Of a DNA stretch of 64,000 bases, positions 50,481-62,900 are shown piece by piece. The DNA is from Camelus ferus (taxonomy: Eukaryota). Numbering within the stretch: position 1 is the first letter of the stretch; each line of letters starts with the position of its first letter. Below the pieces are notes generated by a model. That model did not search any database, was not told the origin of the DNA, and saw only the letters and a list, made by a program, of their open reading frames with translations. The translations under genes and the position numbers were made by a program. Location of the stretch: contig NC_045697.1 in assembly GCF_009834535.1 (NCBI RefSeq), forward strand, positions 27,468,001-27,532,000, given 5' to 3'.

Positions 50481-51089
50481 GCCAGGAAAGGAGTCTTTAC
50501 TTTGACTGGTTAGTCCAGCAAGTCTTGACTGAGTTCTAAACTGCACGTGGGCAGGGTGCGGCTGCTGGGCGGGTAGCGAAGGGTAAGAGCCATGTGGTTG
50601 CTGCGCTCACAGAGCTGACTTGGTCCTTCTGTGTGCTGTGATCACTAAGGCTGGGTACGGTATGACATTGCATCAATTTCCCATAGCCTTCTGCACCCCC
50701 GAGTATTACTCTTGTAATGCTGGCCTGACACGGGGTCCTTCTATACATGTCCCTCCAAGATTGCCACGCTGAGTGCCACATCTTACCATCAGCCAGGACT
50801 TGAATTTACATAGCATGCAGAAGATATTTTAAAACATCCTCCCTCTAGGCACCTGTTTTCATACAAAGTCAGCTTTGGGTGGGTCCTCAGGAGATTATTT
50901 CTCTTCTGTGTTTTTTTCTTTGCCTATTGCTGGCCAGGATCTCCTGGGTGAGGCCCAACCGAGGTGGTAACTGAAAATTGTTGTCATGGCCCTAATGTTG
51001 AAGGCAATGGCTCCTGGCCACTGAGTTTTGTGCATTTATCATTCCCCATTATGTTTGTGGTAGGTTTTAAAAATAGTGCTTTTTTTCTT

Positions 51090-52075
51090 TTCCTAGTTTA
51101 CTTAATTTTTCTTAGTATGATAGATGTTGAATTTTATTGAATGATTTTCTGCATCTATTAAGATGATCATGAGGTTTTTTTTTTTGATCTGCTATGTCGT
51201 CAATTTATGCTATTGTATTGTCTTTTTTGTTATTTATTGGTGGATCCAGTTTGCTAATGTTCTGCTGAGGTTTTCGTATCCATGTTCATGAGTAAATTTG
51301 TCTTGTAGTTTTCCTTTCCAAACTGTCCTTGGTTGTTGATATGAATTATGCCAACCATAAAACAGAAGGAGTTACCTGTTTTGCTGTTCTGTGGAAGAAT
51401 TTATTTAAGACTGGACTGCTGTGTTTATTTTGTGGGAAAATATTTTTATCCATGGAATTTAATTTTTAAATTTTTCATAAAATCATGGGGTTTTTTTCTC
51501 TTCTTGATAACATTTTGGTACTTTATGTTTTCTAAAAATGTTTCCTTTTTACTTGTTAACAATTGGAGTATGAATCTATTTATAATATCTTATCTTTTTA
51601 ATATCTGCAACAAATACAGTTTACTTTTTCACTCATAATATGATTTTTTAAATGATTGCTTTTTCTTTTTTGATCTGTATTGCCAGAGGATTGTCAACTT
51701 TGATTATACTTTTCAAAGTATCTGATTTGTTGATCCTCAGTGCTACTGTTAATACTTATTTATTTTTCCTTTTTTTAATATCATAGTTTCCATTTATGTA
51801 TGTATGTATTTATTTACTTACTTATTTTGAACTATAGTTGATTTACAATACTGTGTTAGTTTTAGGTGTACAGAAAAGTGATTCAGTTATTTTTTCAGAT
51901 TATATTCCATCGGGGGTTATTATAAGATATTGAATATAGTTCCCTGTGCTGTACAGTAAATCCTTGTTGTTTATCTGTTTTATATATAATAGCTTGTATC
52001 TGTTAATCCCAAACTCCTAATTAATCTCCCTCCTCCCCCTTTGGTAACCATAAATTTGTTTTCTATGTCTGTTCT
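51090..52075 (-). mobile_element. Old L1 ORF2 remnant followed by a younger L1 3' end (~51800-52070)
   Basis: TGTTGAATTTTATTGAATGATTTTCTGCATCTATTAAGATGATCATG is homologous to the young L1 at ~62265-62315; ATAGTTGATTTACAATACTGTGTTAGTTTTAGGTGTACAG is an L1 tail. Confidence 0.75.
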
Positions 52076-52815
52076 TTATCTTAATATTATTTCCTCTTTT
52101 GTGGTGTGGGTTTATTTCTAGTCTGCCCCCACACTGACAGTGTTGGTCTGCAAGGTCTAAGATCTACAAAGGGGACTCCCTGTGCTTCCTTTCTTGGATG
52201 AGACCTAGCTTTTGACTTCTTACTGTCAAAACAAAAGTTCTATGACACCAGCCCCCAAGAGCAAAGTGGATTATTACTCACCTAAATTCTTCTTTTTACT
52301 TTATTTCTGGCCTCTGAGGAGTCCTCTTCTTACCAGCTCAGTGATATATTTATAAAGGTAAATCTGTAAATATTTTATTACACATGTTAGCCATTTGCAG
52401 GAGGAGGGTTGCCCTGGGTGTCTAGTCTGCTCTGCTGATAGAAACAGAAGTCATTCTGGTTTACTGTCTCCCTCTTTGCTTCCCGGGTCTCCTATGTCTT
52501 TTGCCCCAGGTTTCTGCTTCCAATTTCAGGGTCTCCATTTTATCCTCTGGTCTTGTGTATCTTCTACGGTGGCTTCATGTACCTCAGATTGTACCTCTGA
52601 TTGTACCTCTGAACAGTCAATTACCTGTTTATTGCTATATGGATGGTCCTTCATAGGTAATGAGTGAGGGGTCCCTAACAGATGTTATTATGTGCACATT
52701 GTCTCTGTTTCTTCATTCTGGAAAGGCAGGGGAGTAGAATTTGGCGAGAGGGGAGGATTAAGAGGAGAGGGGAGGGTGAGCAAACTCCTCTCTCTCTGCT
52801 CTGAGAAGTTTTGGG

Positions 52816-52835
52816 TGCTGCTGCTACTACTACTA

Positions 52836-52883
<48 letters not shown>

Positions 52884-52893
52884 AAACACACAC
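52816..52893. repeat. Compound microsatellite (GCT)n(ACT)n(CA)20
   Basis: Perfect CA run at 52839-52878, preceded by TGCTGCTGCTACTACTACTACTA. Confidence 0.95.
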
Positions 52894-53199
52894 GAGCGAC
52901 CTGTCCTAGACCAGGCGAATAGGGCAAGCTTTTCCCTGATGAGACAAAAGTAGTCAGAGGCTGTTCTTTTTTTCCCAATTAATCTGTTCAATAACAACAA
53001 AAATATTTTCTCTATACACATACATATATAATTTTTCATAAATGTGAGCATATCCTACAGTCTTTTTTTCCCCTGTGTCATTTTGTGCCTGATTCTCCTC
53101 TCCTGAGCTTTCTTATCTCTCCTTGTTCATCAACCATGGACCTCAGCCTCCACCAAGTAACACGTTAGAGCCCAGGATGTAGTCTTCCAGATTTTTCTC

Positions 53200-54085
53200 C
53201 ATGAACATGTAATCATACAAATGAAGATTTGTGCGATTCATACAAATGAAGATTTGACATTATTTGCTCTACAAGAATAGATTCACATTATACACTCTTG
53301 TGTTTTGTTTTTTCAATAATGCTTCATGGAAATCCTTCTAAGCCAACTGATCCAGCTCTCACTCATTCCTTTAGTGGTTATGAAAATCTCCCTTTGTGTG
53401 GCTATACATAATTTATTGGACCATTCCTCTACTGAGGGGCATTATTTCCAGGTTTGTCACTACAAACAAGGCTACGACAAATATCCTTGTAAACTTGTGC
53501 TTTGTGCTGGTGGTTTTATGTTTGTGGGATAGATTCCCAGCAGTGGAATTGAAAGGTAGAAGGGTGTGTGATATTTATTAAATTTTAATAAGCCTTGTCA
53601 GATTATTCCCCAAAAGGCTGTCACAATTTACATTTCTATCAGTGGTGTATGGGAGTACCCTCTTCACAGCATCCTGTAGTTTTTATTCCAGCCCGTAGTC
53701 ACTTGATGTTTTCAAGTTAAAAATCTTTATATAATGGGAGTAAAGTGATATCTCATTGTTGCATACATTTGCATTTCCCTAACCATAATTAATCTACATA
53801 ATTTTGCTATTTGGATTGGCTTTTTTTCTTAATTGTCTATTTACTATCTTTTGTGTACTTTTCTGAGTTGTCCCTTTTTTGGGTGCCAATTTGTAAATGC
53901 TCTTTTTGTGTTATAAATGCTAATTTTGGTCTGTCATGTATATTATATTTTATCCCAAATTATTATTTCCTTACTAATTTTATTTATGGTGCTTTTTGGC
54001 TTACAAATGTATAAAAATGTTTACATAGTTAAATGTATTTATCTTTCATTTTCAAGCTTCTTCTGGTTTCCAATCTCAGTCTGAA
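53200..54085 (-). mobile_element. Ancient L1 (L1ME-like) remnant
   Basis: ACCATTCCTCTACTGAGGGGCAT..GATAGATTCCCAGCAGTGGAATTG..GTGATATCTCATTGTTG..TTTGCATTTCCCT. Confidence 0.7.
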
Positions 54086-54449
54086 AGGTATTTGGAAGCC
54101 TTGGGATTACAAGTCATAGCAAACAGGCCCCAGAGCCAGTGAGTGAGAGATACTTACACTGAGATCCCAACCGGGAGACCGGAAAATGCGGTGAAGGAGC
54201 TTTGCTCTATAATTGGGTAGAATCAGTTCTGACAATGGTGAATGAATCTGCTTCAGGCAAATGGACCCTCCAGTGAGAACTGACCAAAGAGTGATGACAT
54301 TACACATGAGACCTGTACTACATCCTGGAGGACAACGGATGTCACTACCAAATGACCTGGAGCGCAGCAGGAGACTTGAAGAAGAATGACAAGGAAGTGC
54401 TTTTCCCTTCCCTAGAAATAGGGTAGGAGTTGAGAGCACCGAGTTCAAG

Positions 54450-54850
54450 TGCAGATGAGGAAATTAAAGCTCAGAGAGATGATAAGACTGCTCCACGGTC
54501 ACACAGCTTGTTCAACGGCAGAGATGGAATTTAAATCATATCTTTTAACCCGAAGACCTGTGCTTTCCCCAGATTTCACAGACACAACTCTTGTGGAATT
54601 TTGGTCGTAATCATGACAGTATCCTTGAAAGCTTACTACGTGCTATAGGCACTGTTCTAAGCACTTTGCATGTCATAGCATATTTCACCGTCACAAAAGT
54701 CTAGTAGATTGGAGCTGGTATTTTCTCTATTTTTTAAAGGAGGGAACTGAGGCATAGAGAAATTAAATATCTCATCCAAGGTTACAAGGTCAAAGTAGTA
54801 GAGCTTTGATTTAAGCTCTAAAAACCTATACTACTACCCTTATGCTTCAC
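54450..54850 (-). mobile_element. Two MIR fragments
   Basis: CAGATGAGGAAATTAAAGCTCAGAGAG and GGAACTGAGGCATAGAGAAATTAAAT..CCAAGGTTACA. Confidence 0.75.
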
Positions 54851-55857
54851 GGCCTTCTGATGTAAGTTCTCTGCCTCTCTTATTTTGCTTTCTATCCTTT
54901 GTAAGATACATTTATTGGTTAATATATTTATTATATTTGCTTGCCTTTTCTCCACTGTGTTATTTTTAAGTTTGTTTTTCTGCCACTACAGCGAGTTTGG
55001 CTGAATAAAGTTCATTTGGGGAGGGAATTGTCCCATGGCCAGGCCTCAGTTATTGATGGAATGATTGACCTTATGAAATGTGTTTGCTGATGTTCTGGAT
55101 TACAAAAACAGACCAAATGCAGAGGGAGAGTTGCCGAGGGGGCACAAAGTAAAGACAGGAAGGCTTCCTGGAGTTTGCTGTCCATCTCCACACTGGGCTT
55201 GCTGGGCTCCCGGAAGTTCTCCCAGACCCTTCTGGTTGATCCTGGATTAAGCAGAGTCAGTCGGGGTACTGATCATGAGCTGTGCTGGCTCTTGGTCAAG
55301 AATAAGGAGAAAAATCTAAAATAAAAACCAATGTAGACTGAGGCTTTCCCATTCTCTGTTGGCATGCTCACATTGTTGAAGAGATTTGGGAATTCTTTTC
55401 TTCTAGGACAGTCAACAAAGATTTTTTAAGCATTTACTGTGCACAGAGCATGATGGCAGGCCTTGTTAAGGATCCGTAAGTGCATTAGTCTTCGTCTGTG
55501 ATCAATATCCTAGGGGAAGCAGATACATATTAACTTTGACACAAATTAATTTTGTTAAGTGTCCCACTAGAGGGAAGATCAAAATACAAAGGGAATGTAG
55601 GAGAGGTGAATTTTCAATGGGAGTTATGAGAAAGCCATCTTGGTGAGATGGATTAATAAAAATAAAACATCACATTTGAACAGGCAGATTCATGAGAGTT
55701 GAGGGAAGAGAATAGGGGGTAATAATTTTACTCAGGAGTCAGGAAACCTGGGTTCTAGCCCCATCTCTATAATCCTTATCAGCTGTGTGAACTTAGGAAG
55801 TCAATCTGAGACTCTGGTTTTTCACCTGCAATGTGGGGAAATTAAAAAGTAGCTATC

Positions 55858-56130
55858 CAAAATATACAAACTTCCAGTTTTACAATAAATAAATCCTGGG
55901 GATGTAATGTACAGGATGGTGGCGACAGTTAATAATACTGTATTGTATATTTGTAAGTTGCTAAGAGAATAAGTCTTAAAAGTTCTCATCATAAAAAAAA
56001 CATTCGTAACTATGTGAGGTGATGGATGTTAATGAAAATTATTGTGGTGATCATTTTACAATATATACATATATCAAGTCATTATCATCTTAATGTTTTA
56101 TGTCAATTATAGCTCAATAAAACTGGGGAG
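55858..56130 (+). mobile_element. 5'-truncated L1 3' end inserted in a MIR (~55720-56200)
   Basis: L1 3' UTR (GGGATGTAATGTACAG..GTTAATAATACTGTATTGTATATTTG) with degenerate TSD AAAAGTAGCTATC / AAAAGTACCTACC. MIR halves flank it. Confidence 0.85.
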
Positions 56131-57623
56131 AAAAAGTACCTACCTCAGGTTTTTTGGGAGGATTTTTGCTCAGTATCTGGCACATTGGAGGTTCTCAGTA
56201 AACACTGAAAGTGTGTGTGTGCACATGTGTGCTTGCATGTGTGAGCGTGTGTTTGAGCACATGTGCGTGTGTGGCCTGGGAGAGTGCTTGCTGGTGGCCA
56301 GGAGGGCGGGGAGCAGAGTGCTGGGAGGGCTATGAGTGACTGTGGGTGTGGGTGTGTGTGTAGGGTTGAAAAAGTTGGGGGAGGAAGATGTAGTGGGAGG
56401 TGAGACTAGAAAGTTAAGTAAGAATCAAGGAGTGAAAATTTTAGATTTGACTCTGCTGGAAACGGAACCAACAGTGTTTTTCATCAGATGATAGAAAGTG
56501 CTGGCAGGTCCTGGAAGAAATGACCAGCGCCTGTGCTTGTAGACTCACATATTTACCCAGTCTCTCTTCCATGTGGCAGGTTGTACCCTGAAGTTGTCCC
56601 CCAAACCACGCTCCCCCCTCCTTTAAAGTCTTTCTTTCCCCTGTGTTTTGAGGCCTGGAGGACAAAGGTGATTTGAGCTTTTGAAAAAAAATTTAAAAAT
56701 GTATATTTCACCCAGTTACATCCTCCAAACCAGCTCTTCCTTCATTTCCTCACACGTGCTCGAAAAAATAATGGGGTTTGGGGGAGGGCTTTATAAGGTT
56801 AGCAGAAGACGTCAAGCTACACGAAACTTGATTCACTTCCATGGAACCATCTTTTCTTCCCTGGTACAATGCCCTGTAAAATTGTAAAGAAGGTATAGGA
56901 GCTACTGAGTCAATCCCAGAGGAGCCTTCTTGCTGCCAACCCATTCCTTAGAAGATGGACTCCTGAGGGCAGGTTTAGGGAATTGAAGTCCAAATCTGCA
57001 GAGTTGACAAAGTGTCCTGCCCTGGCCTGCCAAGTTCAAGGTGAACTTGTGTGAACTTTTTTGGTAACAGTTTGTCTGAAGCCGCTGCCTTTGTGCAATG
57101 CAGTTCCAACTTAGGGCAATACTGAATCCAGGGTTCTAGGGAAATATACCAGGCCAGCGCATTTATTTGGCCTTTGGAGCTTAATTGCCAACGTTAAATC
57201 AATGACACCAGCAATCTCTTCTGATCAAAAATCTTTGAAGACCTCAATCTGGCACCACTCTATTGCTGTTTTTCAGAAGAAAGTCTAAGAATTGAGCCTA
57301 TCATGGGAGTTAAGATTTTGAGTCAATGATTAATGGCACAATGGCGTGTGTTTTCTCTCTGAATTAACCCAGGTGACCCGTGGCATTTGCACCTTGTGTT
57401 AACCATTAGACACATAAGTCAGCCCTGTATGTATTTGGGCAGTGGATTGCTCAGGGCCATCACTGCACTTTGCAGGAGAGAACCCCGTGATCAGTGGGCC
57501 TTTACCAGGAGAGCAGGGCTTGGGGGCTGCCTTCTGTCCTCTGGCTTGAGGAGGAAGTTCTGTTGGCTTCTGGTTGCTCCCTGACTGGGGCTTGTCACAG
57601 CGGGGCCTCCTTTCAGTGCTTCA

Positions 57624-57631
57624 TATAAAAG
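57624..57631 (+). promoter_or_regulatory. Consensus TATA box (candidate core promoter)
   Basis: TATAAAAG in moderately GC-rich unique sequence, downstream of a motif-dense segment and upstream of a donor-like AAT|GTTAGT at 57745. Confidence 0.3.
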
Positions 57632-58179
57632 TCCCTTTGATGGGGCAGCCTGCTGGACATCGTGGACCAAGTCTAGACCCAGCAGAGGCCGTCTCGTGCT
57701 TCTGAGAAAATCAGGCATCGTTCTTTAAACGTGTCTGCTCAAATGTTAGTATTTTTTCCTCTTCAAACTCTTTCCATAATTAATGGGGAAAGAGGTTATC
57801 TTGCCAAGTTATTAGTTTTAGGTAAAGTCAGCCTGAATTTGAGCAAGAAAGTACAAACTCTGATGATCAGTTTCTCTGGAACTCTTTTTCCTGCCGGAAA
57901 CGGTGTGAGCAGTTGGGGAGGAGGGATGGGCATGTTTAACTCATAGTCCTCTGACTTTGGAAAGGTTCACCTTCATATTATTTGTCCCCTTAATAAGAAC
58001 TGAGTGGCGGAGGGGAGCAAAGAGAGAGAGAGCTGGGGAGTTAGGATTTAGTTTAAGGGGATTTTCTTTTATTTAATTGCTTCAATTTAAGGGTTGAGAT
58101 TTAATTTATTTTTTTGAGATTCAAATTACATTAAATAAAGATATGGCTTTTTATGTTTATTGAAAGCATTAATTAGTTA

Positions 58180-58480
58180 ATTAAAACTGAAATGTATTTG
58201 ACATGTGATGCTGTGTACATTTAAGATGTATAACGTGTTGTTTTGATACATTTATATATTGTAATATGATTGCCATCATAGACATAGTTAGCACCTCTAT
58301 TACACCATTACCATTTCTTTTTTGTGGTGGGAAGTAATTAAAATCTAGTCTCAGCCAGCTTGATGATTATAACACAATATTGTTGTCTATATTCACTATA
58401 CGTTACATCTCCAGGACTTATTTATCTACTGGTTGCAAGTGTGCATCCTACACATTTCCCCCATAGCCCCATCCTCCAGC
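58180..58480 (-). mobile_element. 5'-truncated L1 3' end
   Basis: TTTAAGATGTATAACGTG..TTTGATACATTTATATATTGTAATATGATTGCCA..TACATCTCCAGGACTTATTTATCT. Confidence 0.75.
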
Positions 58481-59369
58481 CAAGAAAGCAGGAATTGAGA
58501 AGGCTGGAGAATGGTAGTGTAAAGTCTCCTAATGTAAAGGGTTCCCTCACCTATATCTTCTCTGAAGGGAAGTCCACTTGTTTCTCAAAGCCCAGCTCAC
58601 ATGGCACCCGCTCTGTTTGTCCCAACCCTTCCAGCCAGGAATCTATCCTCTTCTAAAATTCCTGCCACACTTCATTTGAAGCTTCTTTTAAACAGTGTTT
58701 TTCTGTTGCTGTTATTCATACCCATCTCTGAAGTTTTTATGTTTTTGTATTTCTGCAGTATCCGACGTGGGTTTTGCACAAAGGTGCATATGTACCTGGA
58801 GGTATGTATTCAAAAAATATTTATGGTGTAAACAAAAGGATGATCCCAAAATTCTGAGGAAAAAAAAGAAAAGAAAAGAATAAGATAGAGTGGTTAGATG
58901 AAGATACAGGAAAAAGACAAATCTTAGAAGACATCGCAGGTATCTTCTGGCCACAGAGTCACACCCTGTGGCTGCAGAGAACATAGGAATGCTCTTACCC
59001 AGGCCGGGGGAAGGGAGAGGTGCAAACAGCAAGGTCCCATGGGAGCCGGGGGGTAGGGCGGAGCCGGAGTTGGGGTGTCCTCTGCCCCTGGGGCTCTCAG
59101 TTCTGCAAGGTCCGTTCTCAATGGCCAGTGTCCTCTTGCTCTTCCTATCCTATATGCTCTGGGCTCTTCAAAGTCACATTTTCTAAGTGTGTTGATCCTG
59201 AATCTGAAATTCCAATTTGTCCACAATTTCTTCTGAAAACCTACCAAGAAGCTTCTGGACCTTATTGTGGGCTAAGTGCCTGCTGTTTCCTAAGTGCATC
59301 CCTCCTTTTTAAGCTCAGACCACCGTATGTCGGGGCAGGGGGCAAAGGGGACAATTTATATGTTTGTTT

Positions 59370-59960
59370 TGTATCCATCACCAGATTCTCACATCCAGTT
59401 GCCTATTTAACATCTTCCTGTGGATGTCTGCTAGGCCGCTTACTCTTCATGTGTTCAAAACCAAACTTTCTCTCTCTCTTTTTATTTTTTAAGACTGGAA
59501 CCACTCAGACTGCGTTCTCTCCCCTTTACTCTCCCAAAGGAAGAGAAGAATGAAAAACATAACCCTTGACCTTGCCCTGTGCCAACCTTCTTCTCTCCTA
59601 GTTGTCCTATTTCAATAAATGTCAGATCCTGCCCCAGCTGTTCAGGTCAGTTATCTTCCAGTCATCTTGATGCCCTTCTTTCTTCCAAACTCCAAATCCA
59701 GTACACCAGCTGTACCTTCAGAATATATTCTTAACCCAACTGGTCTCGTCTCAGCACCTGTACTGCTCCCATCCGGCTTGGAGACAGCACCGTCTTTTGC
59801 CTGGATGACTGCAGTGTCATCTACCCAGTTTCCCTGCTTTGTCCTTGCCCTGCCTTCCATGATCTCCTCTCAGCAGCCAGAGTACTGGTCAGATTGTGCC
59901 ATTCCCTGCTCAACACCTCCCAGTGGTTTCCTAAATCTCCCAGAATAAAATCAGAAGCCC
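59370..59960 (+). mobile_element. L2 fragment (insertion target of the young L1)
   Basis: CATCCAGTTGCCTATTTAACATCTTCC..CAGTCATCTTGATGCC..CTCAGCAGCCAGAG..CTCCCAGTGGTTTCC..CAGAATAAAATC. Confidence 0.7.
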
Positions 59961-59967
59961 CCCACCC

Positions 59968-62900
59968 TTTTTTTTTTAACATTTTTTATTGATTTATAAT
60001 CATTTTACAATGTTGTGTCAAATTCCAGTGTTCAGCACAATTTTTCAGTTATTCATGGACATATACACACTCATTGTCACATTTTTTTCTCTGTGAGTTA
60101 TCATAACATTTTGTGTATATTTCCCTGTGCTATACAGTGTAGTCTATTCTACAATTTTGAGATCCCAGTCTATCCCTTCCCACCCTCCACCCCCCTGGTA
60201 ACCACAAGTCTGTGTTCTCTGTCTGTGAGTCTATTTCTGTCCTTTATTTACGCTTTGTTTTTGTTTGTTTGTTTGTTTTTGTTTTTGTTTTTTAGATTCC
60301 ACATATGAGCGATCTCATATGGTATTTTTCTTTCTCTTTCTGGCTTACTTCACTTAGAATGACATTCTCCAGGAGCATCCATGTTGCTGCAAATGGCATT
60401 ATGTTGTCGGTTTTTATGGCTGAGTAGTATTCCATTGTATAAATATACCACTTCTTCTTTATCCAGTCACCTGTTGATGGACATTTAGGCTGTTTCCATG
60501 TTTTGGCTATTGTAAACAGTGCTGCTATGAACATTGGGGTGCAGGTGTCATCCTGAAGTAGATTTCCTTCTGGATACAAGCCCAGGAGTGGGATTCCTGG
60601 GTCATATGGTAAGTCTATTCCTAGTCTTTTGAGGAATCTCCACACTGTTTTCCATAGTGGCTGCACCAAACTGCATTCCCACCAGCAGTGTAGGAGGGTT
60701 CCCCTTTCTCCACAGCCTCTCCAGCATTTGTCATTTGTGGATTTTTGAATGACGGCCATTCTGACTGGTGTGAGGTGATACCTCATTGTAGTTTTGATTT
60801 GCATTTCTCAGATAATTAGTGATATTGAGCATTTTTTTCATGTGCTTTTTGATCATTTGTATGTCTTCCTTGGAGAATTGCTTGTTTAGGTCTTCTGCCC
60901 ATTTTTGGATTGGGTTGTTTATTTTTTTCTTATTGAGTCGTATGAGCTGCTTATATATTCTGGAGATCAAGCCTTTTTCGGTTTCACTTGCAAAAATTTT
61001 CTCCCATTCCGTAGGTTTTCTTCTTATTTTATTTCTGGTTTCCTTTGCTGTGCAGAAGCTTGTAAGTTTCATTAGGTCCCATTTGTTTATTCTTGCTTTT
61101 ATTTCTTCTAGGAGAAAATTTTTGAAATGTATGTCAGATAATGTTTTGCCTATGTTTTCCTCTAGGAGGTTTATTGTATCTTGTCTTATGTTTAAGTCTT
61201 TAATCCATTTTGAGTTGATTTTTGTATATGGTGTAAGGGAGTGTTCTAGCTTCATTGTTTTACATGCTGCTGTCCAGTTTTCCCAACACCATTTGCTGAA
61301 GAGACTGTCTTTATTCCAATGTCTATTCTTGCCTCCTTTGTCAAAGATGAGTTGACCAAAAGTTTGTGGGTTCATTTCTGGGCTCTCTATTCTGTTCCAT
61401 TGGTCTATATGTCTGTTTTGGTACCAATACCATGCTGTCTTGATGACTGTAGCTCTATAGTATTGTCTGAAGTCTGGGAGAGTTATTCCTCCAGCCTCTT
61501 TCTTTCTCTTCAGTAATGCTTTGGCAATTCTAGGTCTTTGATGGTTCCATATGAATTTTATTATGATTTTTTCTAGTTCTGTGAAATATGTCCTGGGTAA
61601 TTGGATAGGGATTGCATTAAATCTGTAGATTGCCTTGGGCAGTGTGACCATTTTAACAATATTGATTCTTCCAATCCAAGAGCATGGAATATCTTTCCAC
61701 TTTTTAAAGTCTTCTTTAATTTCCTTCATCAATGGTTTATAGTTTTCTGTGTATAATTCTTTCATCTCCTTGGTTAGATTTATTCCCAGATATTTTATTA
61801 CTTTGGGTGCTATTTTAAAGGGGATTGTTTCTTTACTTTCTTCTTCTGTTGATTTATCGTTAGTGTAAAGAAATGCAACTGATTTTTGAACGTTAATTTT
61901 GTAACCTGCTACCTTGCTGAATTCTTCAATCAGCTCTAGTAGCTTTTATGTGGACCTTTTAGGGTTTTCTATATATAGTAACATGTCATCAGCATATAAT
62001 GACACTTTTACCTCTTCTTTTCCAATTTGGATCCCTTTTATTTCTTTCTCTTGCCTGACTGCTGTGGCTAGGACTTCCAGGACTATGTTGAATAGGAGTG
62101 GTGATAGTGGGCATCCTTGTCTTGTCCCAGATTTTAGTGGGAAGCTTTTGAGTTTTTCACTGTTGAGTACTATGCTGGCTGTAGGTTTGTCATATATAGC
62201 TTTTATTATGTTGAGATATGTTCCCTCTATACCCACTTTGGCGAGCGTTTTTATCATAAATGGGTGTTGAATTTTATCAAATGCTTTTTCTGCATCGATT
62301 GAGATGATCATGTGGTTTTTGTCCTTTCTCTTGTTGATGTGATGTATTACACTGATTGATTTGTGTATGTTGAACCAGCCTTGTGTCTCTGGGATGAACC
62401 CCACTTGGTCATGATGTATAATCTTTTTTATGTGTTGTTGGATTCTATTTGCTAAAATTTTGATGAGGATTTTGGCGTCTATGTTCATCAGTGATATTGG
62501 CCTATAATTCTCTTTTTTTGTAGTGTCTTTGCCTGGTTTTGGTATCAAGGTGATGGTGGCTTCATAGAATGAGTTTGGGAGTATTCCCTCCTTTTCAATT
62601 GTCTGGAAGAGTTTGAGAAGGACTGGTATGAGTTCTTTGTAAGTTTGGTAGAATTCCCCGGTGAAGCTGTCCGGTCCTGGACTTTTATTTGTAGGGAGGT
62701 TTTTAATTGCTATTTCTATTTCCTTTCTAGTGATCGGATTGTTCAAGTGTTCAGATTCTTCTTGATTCAGTTTTGGTGGACAGTATGTTTCCAGAAACTT
62801 GTCCATCTCCTCTAGGTTATCCAGTTTGGTTCCATATAGTTTTTCATAATCTCGTATGATATTCTGTATTTCTATTTTGTTTGTTGTAATTTCTCCATTT

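Noticed and set aside
52675..53051. ORFs with poly-VC or poly-HT tracts
   Set aside because: Artefacts of the (CA)20 microsatellite
54290..54360. Box C-like GTGATGA with partial self-complementarity
   Set aside because: No properly placed box D (CTGA) with a terminal stem, so a snoRNA is not supportable
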